Positions 19,930 through 30,771 of a DNA stretch of 64,000 nt are shown here, one piece after another. The stretch lies in the NCBI GenBank assembly GCA_900617105.1, contig UYFQ01000001.1:744001-808000 (forward strand). Reading direction: 5' to 3'. A program made the position numbers and the translations under genes. Under the pieces are notes generated by a model. It saw only the letters and a list, made by a program, of their open reading frames with translations, made no database searches and was not told the origin of the DNA. The stretch comes from Hydrurus foetidus. Taxonomy: Eukaryota. The first letter of the stretch is position 1. Each line of letters begins with the position of its first letter.

Positions 19930-20932
19930 CCAGTTGTTTGCCAAAGTTTTTGCCCTTCAGCAGCCCCAAAAAGGCTTCGGGCGCAGCGGCGATGCCTTGG
20001 GCCACTGATTCACGCGCCTTGAGCTTGCCGCTGGCGACCAGACCGCCCAACTCAGCCAGCGCCTCGGGCCAGACTTCCATGTGCTCGCTGACGATGAAGC
20101 CTTCTATCTTGAGGCGGTTGATCAAAATCGCCGCCGGATTGGCCAGAGGCATAGGCAGACCGTCGTAGCCCGCAATCATCCCGCACAGGGCAATGCGGCC
20201 AAAGGCGTTGATACGGGTCAGCACCGCGTCAAAAATATAGCCACCCACGTTTTCAAAGTAGCCATCAATGCCTTGAGGGCAAGCCTCTTTGAGCGCTTGG
20301 CTCATGGCTTTGACATCGGTGTGCTGTTTGTAGTCAATGCAAGCGTCAAAACCGAGTTCTTCGGTCACGTAACGGCACTTGTCCGCGCCCCCAGCAATGC
20401 CCACCACGCGGCAACCACGTGCGCGGGCCAGTGCGCCAAAAGCACTGCCCACCGCACCGCTGGCCGCTGTGATGACCACCGTGTCACCGGCTTTGGGGGC
20501 GATGATTTTGACCAAGCCGTACCACGCCGTTACACCGGGCATGCCGACGGCACCCAAGTAAGCCGAGAGTGGCACATGGGTGGTGTCCACTTTTTTGACC
20601 GCGCCGGGCACGGTGGCATCGACCACGCTGTATTCCTGCCAGCCCCCAAAGCCCACCACCTTGTCGCCCACGGCGTATTTGGCGTTGCGGCTCTCAACGA
20701 TTTCACCCACCGTGCCGCCTTGCATCACGGCGCCCAAAGGCTGGGGCACGGCGTAGCTCTTGCTGTCGTTCATGCGGCCACGCATGTAGGGGTCAAGGCT
20801 CATGAAGTGGTGGCGTACCAGCACTTGGCCGTCTTGCAAAGCGGGCGTGTCGGACACGGCCAGCTTGAAGTTACTGGCAACGGCTTCGCCTGTGGGGCGG
20901 TTATCGAGGTGGATTTGCTGGTTGGTAGGCAT
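19916..20932 (-). CDS. NADP-dependent oxidoreductase (CurA/prostaglandin reductase-like, MDR family)
   Basis: SLDPYMRGRM, GMPGVTAW, AASGAVG, GKNFGKQLV. Confidence 0.9.
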   Translation of the reverse strand: MPTNQQIHLDNRPTGEAVASNFKLAVSDTPALQDGQVLVRHHFMSLDPYMRGRMNDSKSYAVPQPLGAVMQGGTVGEIVESRNAKYAVGDKVVGFGGWQEYSVVDATVPGAVKKVDTTHVPLSAYLGAVGMPGVTAWYGLVKIIAPKAGDTVVITAASGAVGSAFGALARARGCRVVGIAGGADKCRYVTEELGFDACIDYKQHTDVKAMSQALKEACPQGIDGYFENVGGYIFDAVLTRINAFGRIALCGMIAGYDGLPMPLANPAAILINRLKIEGFIVSEHMEVWPEALAELGGLVASGKLKARESVAQGIAAAPEAFLGLLKGKNFGKQLVKLI

Positions 20933-21261
20933 GGGTTTTCCAATGAAAGGGGTACGGACGTGAACTGTGAAGATGATAGCTATGGCTTTTGCTGCGCTCT
21001 AGCACCTTGGTGACGCAGCCAACCCGATCACGAACGTGACCTCTGTGGGCTCCGCGTGAAGCATGGGCGTGCAGGCAAGGTGGTACTGACAAACTTGCCT
21101 TTAAACATTTCGTCCTCCTTGAACGGGTTCTTACCCATCAGCTGAGCAATACGTTTCTCGGATGCAAGGTCAATGCGATTGAAGTAGAGTGGCTCTCATT
21201 TAAAACAGACAGCGCTGTTATGCCGAGATACAAGCTTCGGCTGGTGTACCTGGAATGACCC

Positions 21262-24200
21262 ATGAAAATGACCAGCATCTCATCCCGTTTTTTGTTAGTG
21301 ATTCTGGTCGTCTTTTTGCAAGCAGTCCTTTGGGGCATGGCCTACTATGACCTTGATCGAACCCAGCGCACGCTGAAACACGAGGCAGAAACCCGAACTG
21401 TCTCGGCCGCGCAGATTTTTTCTGAGTATTCTGTTTCGACGGTTAAGCGCATAGACGAGCTCATGCTCAGCACCCGTCCTCGCTGGAGCGGGGACTGGGA
21501 AGCATTTGCCGACACCATTCAGCAGCGGCAAGCGAGTGTCAGCGACATTGCTTTTCAGGTCTCAATCGTCGACAAAGACGGCATCCTTGTGTTCACAAAC
21601 CTGAGGAAACCTGCCACGCGGACAGATTTGAGTGAGCGGGAGCATTTTTGGGTCCACCAGAAGTCTCCGGGGAGCGACCGTTTGTTCATCAGCCGACCGG
21701 TCAAGGGCAAGGTTTCCGGCAAATGGACGATCCAATTCACGCGGCCCATATTGCATCAAGGCCGTTTCGATGGCGTAATTGTGGTGTCGGTCAGCCCCGA
21801 ATTGTTTGGTCAATTTGCTGAAAAGTTGCAAATGAACCTGCTCGGTGTGATTTCGCTGGTGCGCAGCACGGGCGACATCATGGCGCGCTATCCGCTTAAT
21901 GACTCGAACTACGGGCAGGTGCTCAAAGAATCCCCCATTCTTTCGCCGGACGCCCCGGTTGTTGGAAACTTCACACGGCACAGTGCCCTTGATGGTGCAG
22001 AGCGCATCTACGGGTTCAAGCGCCTGGTCGATTTGGGTGTGATTGTTCTTGTGGGGGAGTCGACTGCCAACGTTTTACAGCCCTATGTTGAGCATCGTCT
22101 CCAGGTTCTGATAGCCTGCTTTGGCATTACATGGCTGATGGCGGTGTTAACGATGCTAGCGTTTCGATCCATTGATGCCTTTCAGTTGATTCAGAAAAAC
22201 TTGCTGTTGGCCACCGAAACCGCGCAAGCCGCCTCCCTCTCCAAGAGCCAATTCCTGGCCAACATGAGCCACGAAATCCGCACCCCCATGAACGCCATTC
22301 TGGGCATGCTCACCCTGCTGCGCAAAACCGAGCTCACCACCCGCCAAGCCGACTACGCCGCCAAGAGTGATGGCGCGGCACGCGCGTTGTTGGGCCTGCT
22401 CAACGAAATCTTGGACTTCTCCAAGATCGAAGCCGGCAAAATGACGCTCAACCCACACCCCTTCAGCGTAGACCAGATGCTGCGCGACCTCTCCGTCATC
22501 TTGTCCACCAGCGTAGGCGAGAAACCGGTCGAAGTACTGTTTGACATAGACCCCCTGCTACCGCGCCAACTGGTAGGAGACGCCATGCGGCTCCAGCAAA
22601 TCTTGCTCAACCTGGCCAGCAACGCCATCAAATTCACCGCACAAGGCGAGGTAGTCCTCGCCGTACAAGTCATGTACTGCACAGACGATATCGTCACTCT
22701 GCAGTTCAGCATGCGCGACAGCGGCATCGGCATAGCCCCCGAAAACCAAGCCCGCATCTTCAGCGGCTTCACCCAAGCCGAGGCCAGCACAACACGCCGC
22801 TTTGGCGGAACCGGCTTAGGCATCGTCATCAGCCAGCGCTTTGTAGGCATGATGGGAGGCGAGCTCGCCGTGCAAAGCGAACTCGGCAAAGGCAGCCGCT
22901 TTCACTTCACCGTAACCCTGCCCATCGCCACCGCACAGAGTCTTGAAGAACAAGCACGCCTGCGTGCACGTGACCACAACACCTCGTTGCACGTACTGGT
23001 CATTGACGACAACCCCTCAGCCCGCGAAGTGCTAGAGCACATGGGCCAATCCCTGGGCTGGAAAGTCGACCTGGCCGAAAGCGGAGCGCAGGCACTGCAA
23101 ATGCTGGCGCAGCGCACAGCACAAGACAACCCTTACCAAGCCATCTTTGTCGACTGGAGCATGCCAGACATGGACGGATGGCAAACCAGCCAACACATCC
23201 GAGACCTGCAGACCGAACAGACCCAGGCAGGAGACACCCACCAACCCCCAGTCATCGTGATGCTCACCGCCCACGGGCGCGAGATGCTGTCCCAACGCAG
23301 CCCAGCCGACCAAGCGCTGCTAAACGGCTTTTTGGTAAAACCCGTCACCTCCTCCATGCTGTTTGATGCGGTAATGGATGCCAAAGCAGGCCATGACCAG
23401 CCACACCCATCCCCGCACAAAGTGCAAACAACCCAACACCGGCTTAAGGGCATGCGCCTGCTGCTGGTAGAAGACAACCTGAACAACCAACAAGTAGCCC
23501 GCGAACTGCTCGAAGACGAAGGTGCGCAGATACAAATAGCCAACCATGGGCAAGAGGCGGTTGAAGCCATTGCCGCTGCGGCAGCCGCCAATCCAGACGC
23601 TACAGCCTTTGACGTGGTACTCATGGACCTGCAAATGCCCGTCATGGACGGCTTTACCGCCACCCGCGCCATCCGCCGCGACCTGGGCCTGGACAAGCTG
23701 CCCATAGTGGCCATGACCGCCAACGCCATGGCCAGCGACCGAGAAGCCTGTCTGGCAGCAGGCATGAACGACCACGTAGGCAAACCTTTCAATTTAGACG
23801 ATTTGGTACGCGTACTGCGCAGCCAAGTGCAATGGGGGGACGCACAGGGCGAACCAACCCGCCTTGAATCAACCATCACCTCCGGCGCCCTGCATACCGC
23901 TGCTGCGGATCTGGCTGCGTTAGCCGCAGGCGTGAATCTCTCATCTGCGCTTGTCCGGATGGGCAACAACCAAGCCTTGTACGAGCGCTCCTTGCGCATG
24001 TTCATCGATAACCTGGCAGTATTACTCCAGCAATTGAAGGCCTACGAGCTCGCGGGCGATGTACTGCTGACTGCCCGCGCGCTCCACACCCTGAAAGGAA
24101 TGGCCGCCACTTTGGGTATCGATGCCTTGGCTGCAGCAGCCGGCCAGGGCGAGACGCAGCTCAAAAGCAATGCCGCCAAGCCCGACTTGTCCGTCGTGGT

Positions 24201-24582
24201 AGCGCACACTTGCACGGCAATCACTCAAGCCAGCCCGCTGCTTAATGCCTTGCTGCAAACACTGGCTGCCCGTCTGCCAGCCCCCGCTGCGCAGCCCAAT
24301 CCAAAATCCTCGGCTGATTTCCCACAGCTGGACAGCACCGCACTGAATGCAGCGTTGGATTTACTGGCCGACAAGCTTCGCAACTTTGACATGGATGCCG
24401 TTCAGCAAATGGCCTACGTCCGGGAACACTTTGGCCCGGCGGTACCTCTGGGAGAGCTAGAGGCAGCGATGGATTCATTGGATTTTGAACAAGCGCTTCG
24501 CCTGTGCAGCGCCCTATTGCGCCGGCCCTCACCTTTGCAGAGTGAGGGCGTAGACCTTGGGGTTACAAACGCTGTGAAGTGA
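21262..24582 (+). CDS. Hybrid sensor histidine kinase (Cache-type sensor, HisKA, HATPase, two REC, Hpt)
   Basis: TM-Cache-[33 protein letters not shown]; two REC domains (VDWSMP, MDLQMP); HTLKG Hpt. Confidence 0.93.
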   Translation: MKMTSISSRFLLVILVVFLQAVLWGMAYYDLDRTQRTLKHEAETRTVSAAQIFSEYSVSTVKRIDELMLSTRPRWSGDWEAFADTIQQRQASVSDIAFQVSIVDKDGILVFTNLRKPATRTDLSEREHFWVHQKSPGSDRLFISRPVKGKVSGKWTIQFTRPILHQGRFDGVIVVSVSPELFGQFAEKLQMNLLGVISLVRSTGDIMARYPLNDSNYGQVLKESPILSPDAPVVGNFTRHSALDGAERIYGFKRLVDLGVIVLVGESTANVLQPYVEHRLQVLIACFGITWLMAVLTMLAFRSIDAFQLIQKNLLLATETAQAASLSKSQFLANMSHEIRTPMNAILGMLTLLRKTELTTRQADYAAKSDGAARALLGLLNEILDFSKIEAGKMTLNPHPFSVDQMLRDLSVILSTSVGEKPVEVLFDIDPLLPRQLVGDAMRLQQILLNLASNAIKFTAQGEVVLAVQVMYCTDDIVTLQFSMRDSGIGIAPENQARIFSGFTQAEASTTRRFGGTGLGIVISQRFVGMMGGELAVQSELGKGSRFHFTVTLPIATAQSLEEQARLRARDHNTSLHVLVIDDNPSAREVLEHMGQSLGWKVDLAESGAQALQMLAQRTAQDNPYQAIFVDWSMPDMDGWQTSQHIRDLQTEQTQAGDTHQPPVIVMLTAHGREMLSQRSPADQALLNGFLVKPVTSSMLFDAVMDAKAGHDQPHPSPHKVQTTQHRLKGMRLLLVEDNLNNQQVARELLEDEGAQIQIANHGQEAVEAIAAAAAANPDATAFDVVLMDLQMPVMDGFTATRAIRRDLGLDKLPIVAMTANAMASDREACLAAGMNDHVGKPFNLDDLVRVLRSQVQWGDAQGEPTRLESTITSGALHTAAADLAALAAGVNLSSALVRMGNNQALYERSLRMFIDNLAVLLQQLKAYELAGDVLLTARALHTLKGMAATLGIDALAAAAGQGETQLKSNAAKPDLSVVVAHTCTAITQASPLLNALLQTLAARLPAPAAQPNPKSSADFPQLDSTALNAALDLLADKLRNFDMDAVQQMAYVREHFGPAVPLGELEAAMDSLDFEQALRLCSALLRRPSPLQSEGVDLGVTNAVK

Positions 24583-25088
24583 AGCGCGTTGCGAAAAACG
24601 ACTGCCCAGAAGCACAGCAAGTCAATGCAGGCTTTTGTTTTGTGGTGTGAAAAAAATGATGGTGTGAGAAATTTTCACACCCCACTTACATGGCTTAAGG
24701 CCATGAAAAATTAGCGATAAGTAGTTCGCCTGATGCTTTTCACCCCTTGGGCTGGGCAACCGAATTTAGTCCGAAGTAGTCATATTCTTTATGGCTACTT
24801 CAGTCATGGAGTGCAACCATAAATTTTATACTTCTGGGTAGTTCTATAAATAACCGTTTGCAAAAATGGCCTTAAAAAAAATCAACAATTTTCGCGTGGC
24901 TTTAGTGCTCGTCATTGAGTTTATAGAATTGCTCTTTATTGGGTCAAAGTAAGAAGTAAGCAGTTTTAAGTTCCAAGTGCACCGATTTTTTAGACATTGA
25001 CCCCCCTGATATTTTTTTGCTCTCTGTACTTGAGTCCGCGAGACTTGTATGTGTGAGCATCCCATTTCCAAATTGAAAGAAAGTTCTT

Positions 25089-25457
25089 ATGGCTCAAACT
25101 ATTTTGGTAATTGATGACTCGGTCAGCCTGCGTCAAATCGTGGCCATGGCACTCAAAGGCGCTGGCTACACCGTGCTTGAAGCAGGCGACGGCATGGCAG
25201 CCTTGGCCTTGCTGGATGGCCGAAAAATTGGCATGGCTGTGTGCGATGTCAATATGCCCCGCATGAACGGTATTGAATTTGTCAAAGCCGCCAAGGCCTT
25301 ACCCGCCTATCGATTTTTACCTGTGCTGATGCTTACCACCGAGAGTCAGGAGTCCAAAAAAGAAGAGGGCAGGGCCGCGGGTGTCAAGGCCTGGATGCTG
25401 AAACCGTTCGCGCCTTCGTCACTGCTCAACGCTGTTTCTAAGCTCTGCCTGCCCTGA
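25089..25457 (+). CDS. cheY: Chemotaxis response regulator CheY-like
   Basis: Single REC domain: IDDS, DVNMP, LTTES, KPF. Confidence 0.88.
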   Translation: MAQTILVIDDSVSLRQIVAMALKGAGYTVLEAGDGMAALALLDGRKIGMAVCDVNMPRMNGIEFVKAAKALPAYRFLPVLMLTTESQESKKEEGRAAGVKAWMLKPFAPSSLLNAVSKLCLP

Positions 25458-25505
25458 GCCACACAGCTCACCACAGTACAGAACATTGCAAGACAGGATA
25501 CCGCC

Positions 25506-25814
25506 ATGACGATACAGTTTGACTTACCCGCCGAGCTAACGATTTATAGCGCCATTGAGACTCGCGATGCCTTGCTGACGTGGGCCACCGAACAAACCGC
25601 CAAGTCCAACAGCCAGCTTGAGATTTCCGCCGCTGCTGTGAACGAGGTTGATGGCTCGGGGTTGCAACTTTTGGCAGCGCTTTCTAACATGAACCTCACT
25701 TGGAAGCTGATTGAAACCAGCGCAGTGTTTTCTGAGGCTTGTCGCATCATGGGTTTTACCGACTGGCTCGGTAATACGCATTTTCAAGCCTCGAATGCAG
25801 GGCAAAAATCATGA
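25506..25814 (+). CDS. STAS-domain protein
   Basis: ELTIY...VNEVDGSGLQLL; sits between cheY and cheA. Confidence 0.85.
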   Translation: MTIQFDLPAELTIYSAIETRDALLTWATEQTAKSNSQLEISAAAVNEVDGSGLQLLAALSNMNLTWKLIETSAVFSEACRIMGFTDWLGNTHFQASNAGQKS

Positions 25815-28048
25815 CCTCTTCAAGTAACGATGCTGACCTGGATTTCATTGCTGCAGCATTGCCCGCTTTCATTAGCGAAGCGATCGAACAGACCGAAGCC
25901 ATTGAAACGCTGCTGCTTGGGCTGGAAGAAACCCCTGGCGACCGCGAGATGCTGGACTCACTGTTTCGCTGCGCCCACACCGTAAAAGGGTCGGCCGGAA
26001 TTTTTGGTTTGAACAAAGTGGTGGAATTCACTCATCACGTGGAAACCCTGCTTGACCAAATGCGGGAGGGCTCCATTGAGTTGGGGCCAGAACTCAGTAC
26101 GCTATTGCTCAAGTGCAACGATCAAATCAAATTTCTTGTCGCAATCGCCACAGATGAGTCTGCCGATACGCCTGAGCAAAAGGACGAGCGTGCAGATCTG
26201 GTCATCCGTTTACGTGCTTACACGGAAAAACCGGATCCCAGGGGAGATGCTGCAGCCGCCATTGACGCGCCCTCTGATCATGCTGCCGTGGCAAGTGCCA
26301 GCACCGCTCCCACCAAATGGACGATTTCAGCCCGTTTCGGATCTGAAGTGTTTCGCAATGGCCTGGACCCCCTGTCTATTGCCCGTTACCTGGGTGGCAT
26401 GGGAACTGTGCTGAGTATGCGTTGCAGTATTGAGGCGGTACCCTCGCTGGTCAATTTGGACCCTGAGACCTGCTACCTGAGCTTTGGCATGGAGCTGGAA
26501 TCCACGTCTTCCCGCGAAGATGTGGAAGGCGCTTTTAGCTTTTTGGTGGACGACTGCGAAGTCGACATCAGCGCACCTGAGACTCCAGGTCAAAAAATGG
26601 CCAGGCAAATTGAAGAGATGCCCGATGCCCCCCGTTTAGGCGATTTGCTGGTGTCTGTGGGGGCTTTGTCGCAAGACAAGCTTTCACAAGTGTTGAGCAT
26701 CCAACAGCAAACCCGTAGCATGCCGTCTACCGCCAAACCGAAGTTGGGCGACCTGCTGGAAACCCAAGCTGGCGTAGCTCCAGAAGTTGTTGAGGCCGCT
26801 TTAGGCAAGCAGCAAAAGTTGCGTGAAACCGGCGCGAGCGAAGAGGGCCGCTACATCCGCGTTCAGGCGGATCGGCTGGATGCCGTCATCAACTTGTTGG
26901 GCGAGCTGGTCATTGCTGGGGCGGGGGCCACGCTGCTGGCGCGCGAAACGCATGAGGTGAGCCTGATAGAAGCCAATCTGTATATGAATGGCCTTATCGA
27001 AGAAATTCGCAATGGCACGCTGGGTTTGCGCATGGTGCCAGTGGGTGAGACCTTCAGCAGGTTCCGCCGGGTGGTACGTGACACGGCCTCTAGCTTGGGT
27101 AAAGAAGTTACTTTTGAGGTTAAAGGAGGTGATGCCGAGCTGGACAAGTCCATGGTCGAAAAAATTGCCGACCCACTCATGCACTTGGTGCGCAACTCAC
27201 TGGATCACGGGTTGGAGCCACCGCATGAGCGCATCGCGGCAGGTAAACCCCCCGCCGGCCGCTTGGTTTTGAGCGCGCAACATGAAACTGGTGCCATTTT
27301 GATCCGCATTGAAGACGATGGCCGAGGTATTAACCGCGACCGTGTGTTACAGCGTGCCTGGAACCGTGGCCTGGTAGAGCCAGGTGTGGTGCCCAGTGAT
27401 GATGCCATCAATATGCTGATTTTTGAGCCAGGGTTTTCTACCGCAGAGCAGGTGACCAACCTGTCTGGTCGGGGCGTAGGCATGGATGTTGTACGACGCA
27501 ATATTGAAGCTCTTCGCGGCACACTCAAACTTACCAGTGCGCCTGGCCAAGGCCTTCAAGTAGATATTCGACTGCCGCTTACGTTGGCCATCATTGACGG
27601 ATTCTTGGTGGGGGTGGGTAAATCCAAATTTGTGTTGCCACTCGAAGCAGTCGTCGAGGTTATTGAAGCCGGCGGCAGTCTCATGAAGGTTGATGCAAAC
27701 GGGCGCTACTGCTTAGAGTTACGCGGTGCAGTTCTGCCAGTCGTTCGCTTACGCACTCTCTACAGCATCGAGTCAACCCATGGCGATCGCGTGAGCGTGG
27801 TGGTGGTGAACTCGCAGCACGGGCAGTACGGCATTGAGGTTGATGTACTGCAAGGCCAGCAGCAAACGGTCATCAAACCACTAGGACGCCTGTTCAAAAC
27901 CCTGCGCGGCATTTCTGGCTCATCCATACTGGGGAGTGGTGAGGTGGCGTTGATTCTGGACGTGAACTCACTGGGTGAGCTGGTGAGCGCTGATGTGGCT
28001 GCTGCCAGATCCAGTCTGAAGTCCAGTTCGGCAATGTTGGTTTCATAA
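25811..28048 (+). CDS. cheA: Chemotaxis histidine kinase CheA with internal MshEN-like repeat
   Basis: AHTVKG Hpt, HLVRNSLDHG, SGRGVGMDVV, LPLTLAI, C-terminal CheW domain. Confidence 0.95.
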   Translation: MTSSSNDADLDFIAAALPAFISEAIEQTEAIETLLLGLEETPGDREMLDSLFRCAHTVKGSAGIFGLNKVVEFTHHVETLLDQMREGSIELGPELSTLLLKCNDQIKFLVAIATDESADTPEQKDERADLVIRLRAYTEKPDPRGDAAAAIDAPSDHAAVASASTAPTKWTISARFGSEVFRNGLDPLSIARYLGGMGTVLSMRCSIEAVPSLVNLDPETCYLSFGMELESTSSREDVEGAFSFLVDDCEVDISAPETPGQKMARQIEEMPDAPRLGDLLVSVGALSQDKLSQVLSIQQQTRSMPSTAKPKLGDLLETQAGVAPEVVEAALGKQQKLRETGASEEGRYIRVQADRLDAVINLLGELVIAGAGATLLARETHEVSLIEANLYMNGLIEEIRNGTLGLRMVPVGETFSRFRRVVRDTASSLGKEVTFEVKGGDAELDKSMVEKIADPLMHLVRNSLDHGLEPPHERIAAGKPPAGRLVLSAQHETGAILIRIEDDGRGINRDRVLQRAWNRGLVEPGVVPSDDAINMLIFEPGFSTAEQVTNLSGRGVGMDVVRRNIEALRGTLKLTSAPGQGLQVDIRLPLTLAIIDGFLVGVGKSKFVLPLEAVVEVIEAGGSLMKVDANGRYCLELRGAVLPVVRLRTLYSIESTHGDRVSVVVVNSQHGQYGIEVDVLQGQQQTVIKPLGRLFKTLRGISGSSILGSGEVALILDVNSLGELVSADVAAARSSLKSSSAMLVS

Positions 28049-28169
28049 ATCCAACTGTTGCATGAACACTGCCAGAAAAATTCCTACCGGAGCTCAATGA
28101 TGAAGCTGCACATGTGCAACACCAGTGCCAGACCGCACGCCAATAAAACCAAACCAAGCGGAGGCCAGC

Positions 28170-28652
28170 ATGCCAAACAATGAGTCGTCTCAGTACCTCA
28201 CCTTCACCTTGGGCGATGAAGTATTTGCGATGGATATACGCACAGTGCGTGAGATCATCCAGCACGCAACCATGACGATTGTGCCCTTGATGCCACCTTT
28301 TGTGAGAGGTGTCATCAACCTGCGAGGTGCTGTGGTTCCCGTCATTGATTTGCAGTCCCGCTTTTGCAGGGCATCCATCCAAATTGGAAAAAAAACCTGC
28401 ATTGTCATATTTGATGCCAGCCGGGACAACGAAAAAATTGAGCTGGGGCTCATGGTCGATGCTGTCAGCGAAGTTATCGAAATAATGCCTGCTCAGATTG
28501 AGCCTCCTCCCCAGTTTGGTACTTCGATTCAACGGGATTTCATCCGTGGTCTGGGCAAGGTAGATGGTGAGTTCGTCGTCATTCTGGCACCCGAGCACGC
28601 GCTGAATATTGACGATATGGCACAGCTTGCAGAAAAAGCGTCCATGGCATAA
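28170..28652 (+). CDS. cheW: Chemotaxis adaptor CheW
   Basis: YLTFTLG, VREII, GVINLRGAVVPVIDL, GLMVDAVSEV. Confidence 0.93.
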   Translation: MPNNESSQYLTFTLGDEVFAMDIRTVREIIQHATMTIVPLMPPFVRGVINLRGAVVPVIDLQSRFCRASIQIGKKTCIVIFDASRDNEKIELGLMVDAVSEVIEIMPAQIEPPPQFGTSIQRDFIRGLGKVDGEFVVILAPEHALNIDDMAQLAEKASMA

Positions 28653-28748
28653 GAAATACCAACGGCGGTTTCAAGTCCCAAGTGCGTTTGAGCAACGTTG
28701 GACAGCGGCCTAGCCGTATGACTGGAAGTCCGCGTAGTTCGTGCTGTG

Positions 28749-28790
28749 GAGCGCTGATCTTGAGAGCAAGATCGCGCTCATTTTCTTTTT
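28749..28790 (+). terminator. Intrinsic terminator after the che operon
   Basis: GAGCGC(T)GATCTTG-AGAG-CAAGATCGCGCTC hairpin followed by ATTTTCTTTTT. Confidence 0.65.
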
Positions 28791-28831
28791 GCGGGTATCG
28801 CTATGAGATTCAGAAATACGCGATCAAATCC

Positions 28832-29341
28832 TCAATAGCTGCCCACGTAATCCTTCTTCCCCACTTCCACGCCGTTATGGCGCAGGATGGCGTAGGCCGT
28901 GGTGGTGTGGAAGAAGAAATGCGGCAGGCCGTAATGCACGAGATAGTTCTGACCTGTGAAGCGCTTTTCTTTGGGCGTACCGGCTTGGGTGACGATTTCG
29001 CGCTCGGCGGCGGTGTCGAACAGCTTGGTGTCCAGGCTTTCGATGAAGGTCAGCACGGTGGTAAGACGGGCTTGCAGATCGGCAAAGGTCTGTTCTTCGT
29101 CTTTCAATGCGGGTACATCGACACCGGCCAAGCGGGCGGATACACCTTTGGCGAAGTCGCTGGCGACCTGCACTTGGCGCAACAGCGGGAACATATCGGG
29201 GTACAGGCGGGCTTGCAGGTAGGCGTTGGGGTCGATTTTCTTTTCGGCGGCGTGGGCTTCAGCCTTGGCGAGCACGGCGCTTAAGCCACCGAGCATTTGT
29301 TTGAAAAGAGGGATGGAGGAGGTGTACATCGCGTGGGTCAT
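28832..29341 (-). CDS. DUF1993 family protein
   Basis: ARLYPDMFPLLRQVQ, LPHFFFHTTTAYAILRHNGVEVGKKDY. Confidence 0.88.
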   Translation of the reverse strand: MTHAMYTSSIPLFKQMLGGLSAVLAKAEAHAAEKKIDPNAYLQARLYPDMFPLLRQVQVASDFAKGVSARLAGVDVPALKDEEQTFADLQARLTTVLTFIESLDTKLFDTAAEREIVTQAGTPKEKRFTGQNYLVHYGLPHFFFHTTTAYAILRHNGVEVGKKDYVGSY

Positions 29342-29415
29342 GGTGACTTTCTGGGGGTGAGGAAATTGAAAATTACAGTCGAATTTGAAGGCGAGGGTAG
29401 TTGAAGGCGAAGCGG

Positions 29416-30771
29416 CTAAATGCAAGCCTCGAACATCATCACATCCACTGTGTCGCCCGCCGCTACATTGCCTTGGTCGTGGTGCAGCACGATGAGGCCA
29501 TTCGCTTGCACCATCGAACTGAGCACGCCAGAGCCTTGGTTGCCAGTGATGCTGACCATCAAAGAGCCGTCCGGTGCGGTGCTGACGGTGCCGCGCTGGT
29601 ACTCGGTACGGCCCGGTTTCTTGCGCAGTGCATCGGTACTGCGGGCTTTGAGCAAAGGCAGTGGCCGGGCGGTGCTGCCCATCATCCGCAACAGGGCAGG
29701 GCGGACGAAGGCGAGGAACGTGACCATCACCGCCACCGGATTACCGGGCAGGCCAAAAAGAACGGCCGTGTTGGGGTGTGGGTTGCTATTATTTGTATAG
29801 CTGTCACCACTGGTAGATAAAGCGGTCAGTGTGTTTTTGGCTTGCGCAATTCGGCCTACAGCCATCGGGCGACCGGGGCGCATGGCGATGCGCCAAAAGG
29901 CCACATCCCCCAGCTTTTTCATCATCGCCTTGGTGTGGTCGGCCTCGCCTACGCTGACGCCGCCGCTGGTGATGATGGCGTCCGCGCCCTGGGCTACAGC
30001 GTTTTGGAACGCGGCTTCGAGCAGGGTGGGGTCATCGCGCACCACGCCCAAGTCGATCACCTTGCAGCCCAAGCGCGTCAGCAGACCGTAGACGGTGTAG
30101 CGGTTGCTGTCGTACACCGCACCTTCGCGGGGTGGCTCGCCCAAGCTGAGCACCTCGTCGCCGGTTGAGAAGTAGGCGACGCGGAGTTGGCGAAAAACGG
30201 TGACAGTGGCTATGCCTAAACTGGCCAACAGCCCAAGTGCAGCCGGTGTGAGGTGCTCTCCTTTTTGAAGCGCTGATTGGCCTTGCATCAGGTCTTCGCC
30301 TTTGAAGCGGCGGTTGTCACCGGGTTGCAGCAGGTGGGCGGGGAAGCTGATGTGGGTGCCGTCTGGGTGCTGCACGAATTCTTGGGGGATCACCGTGTCC
30401 AGTCCAGCAGGCATGATGGCCCCGGTCATGATCTTCACGCAGTCGTTGGGTGCGAGCGTACCTGCCCAGGCAATGCCAGCGAACGCCGTGCCGACAACGC
30501 GCAAGGTCAGTGTGGCATGGGAGGCGGTGCTGCTCAGCAAGGCTCCATCGAAGGCATAGCCGTCCATCGCCGAGTTGTCGTGAGGCGGCACGCTGATAGG
30601 CGACACCACGTCAACGGCGAGGATGCGGCCCAGTGCGTCAAACAGCTGGACGGTTTCAGTCTGCGTGACGGGCTCTACCAAGCGGGACAAAAAGGCGTTG
30701 ACACCGGCGGCACTCAGGGCTTGGGGGTCGTAGCCTTGCAGCTCAGCGGCGATCTGGTCTAAGGTTTTCAC
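29416..30771 (-). CDS. moeA: Molybdopterin molybdotransferase MoeA
   Basis: [38 protein letters not shown]; contains a ~20-aa insertion before FGLPGNP. Confidence 0.95.
   Translation of the reverse strand: MKTLDQIAAELQGYDPQALSAAGVNAFLSRLVEPVTQTETVQLFDALGRILAVDVVSPISVPPHDNSAMDGYAFDGALLSSTASHATLTLRVVGTAFAGIAWAGTLAPNDCVKIMTGAIMPAGLDTVIPQEFVQHPDGTHISFPAHLLQPGDNRRFKGEDLMQGQSALQKGEHLTPAALGLLASLGIATVTVFRQLRVAYFSTGDEVLSLGEPPREGAVYDSNRYTVYGLLTRLGCKVIDLGVVRDDPTLLEAAFQNAVAQGADAIITSGGVSVGEADHTKAMMKKLGDVAFWRIAMRPGRPMAVGRIAQAKNTLTALSTSGDSYTNNSNPHPNTAVLFGLPGNPVAVMVTFLAFVRPALLRMMGSTARPLPLLKARSTDALRKKPGRTEYQRGTVSTAPDGSLMVSITGNQGSGVLSSMVQANGLIVLHHDQGNVAAGDTVDVMMFEACI
29785..29840 (-). repeat. ~56-bp palindromic-core repeat copy, in frame within moeA
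   Basis: Minus strand CCAAAAACACACTGACCGCTTTATCTACCAGTGGTGACAGCTATACAAATAATAGC (core GCTAT-N7-ATAGC). Confidence 0.7.

Noticed and set aside
24583..25088. c-di-GMP-I riboswitch upstream of cheY
   Set aside because: No GNRA-tetraloop/receptor two-stem GEMM pattern is recognisable.
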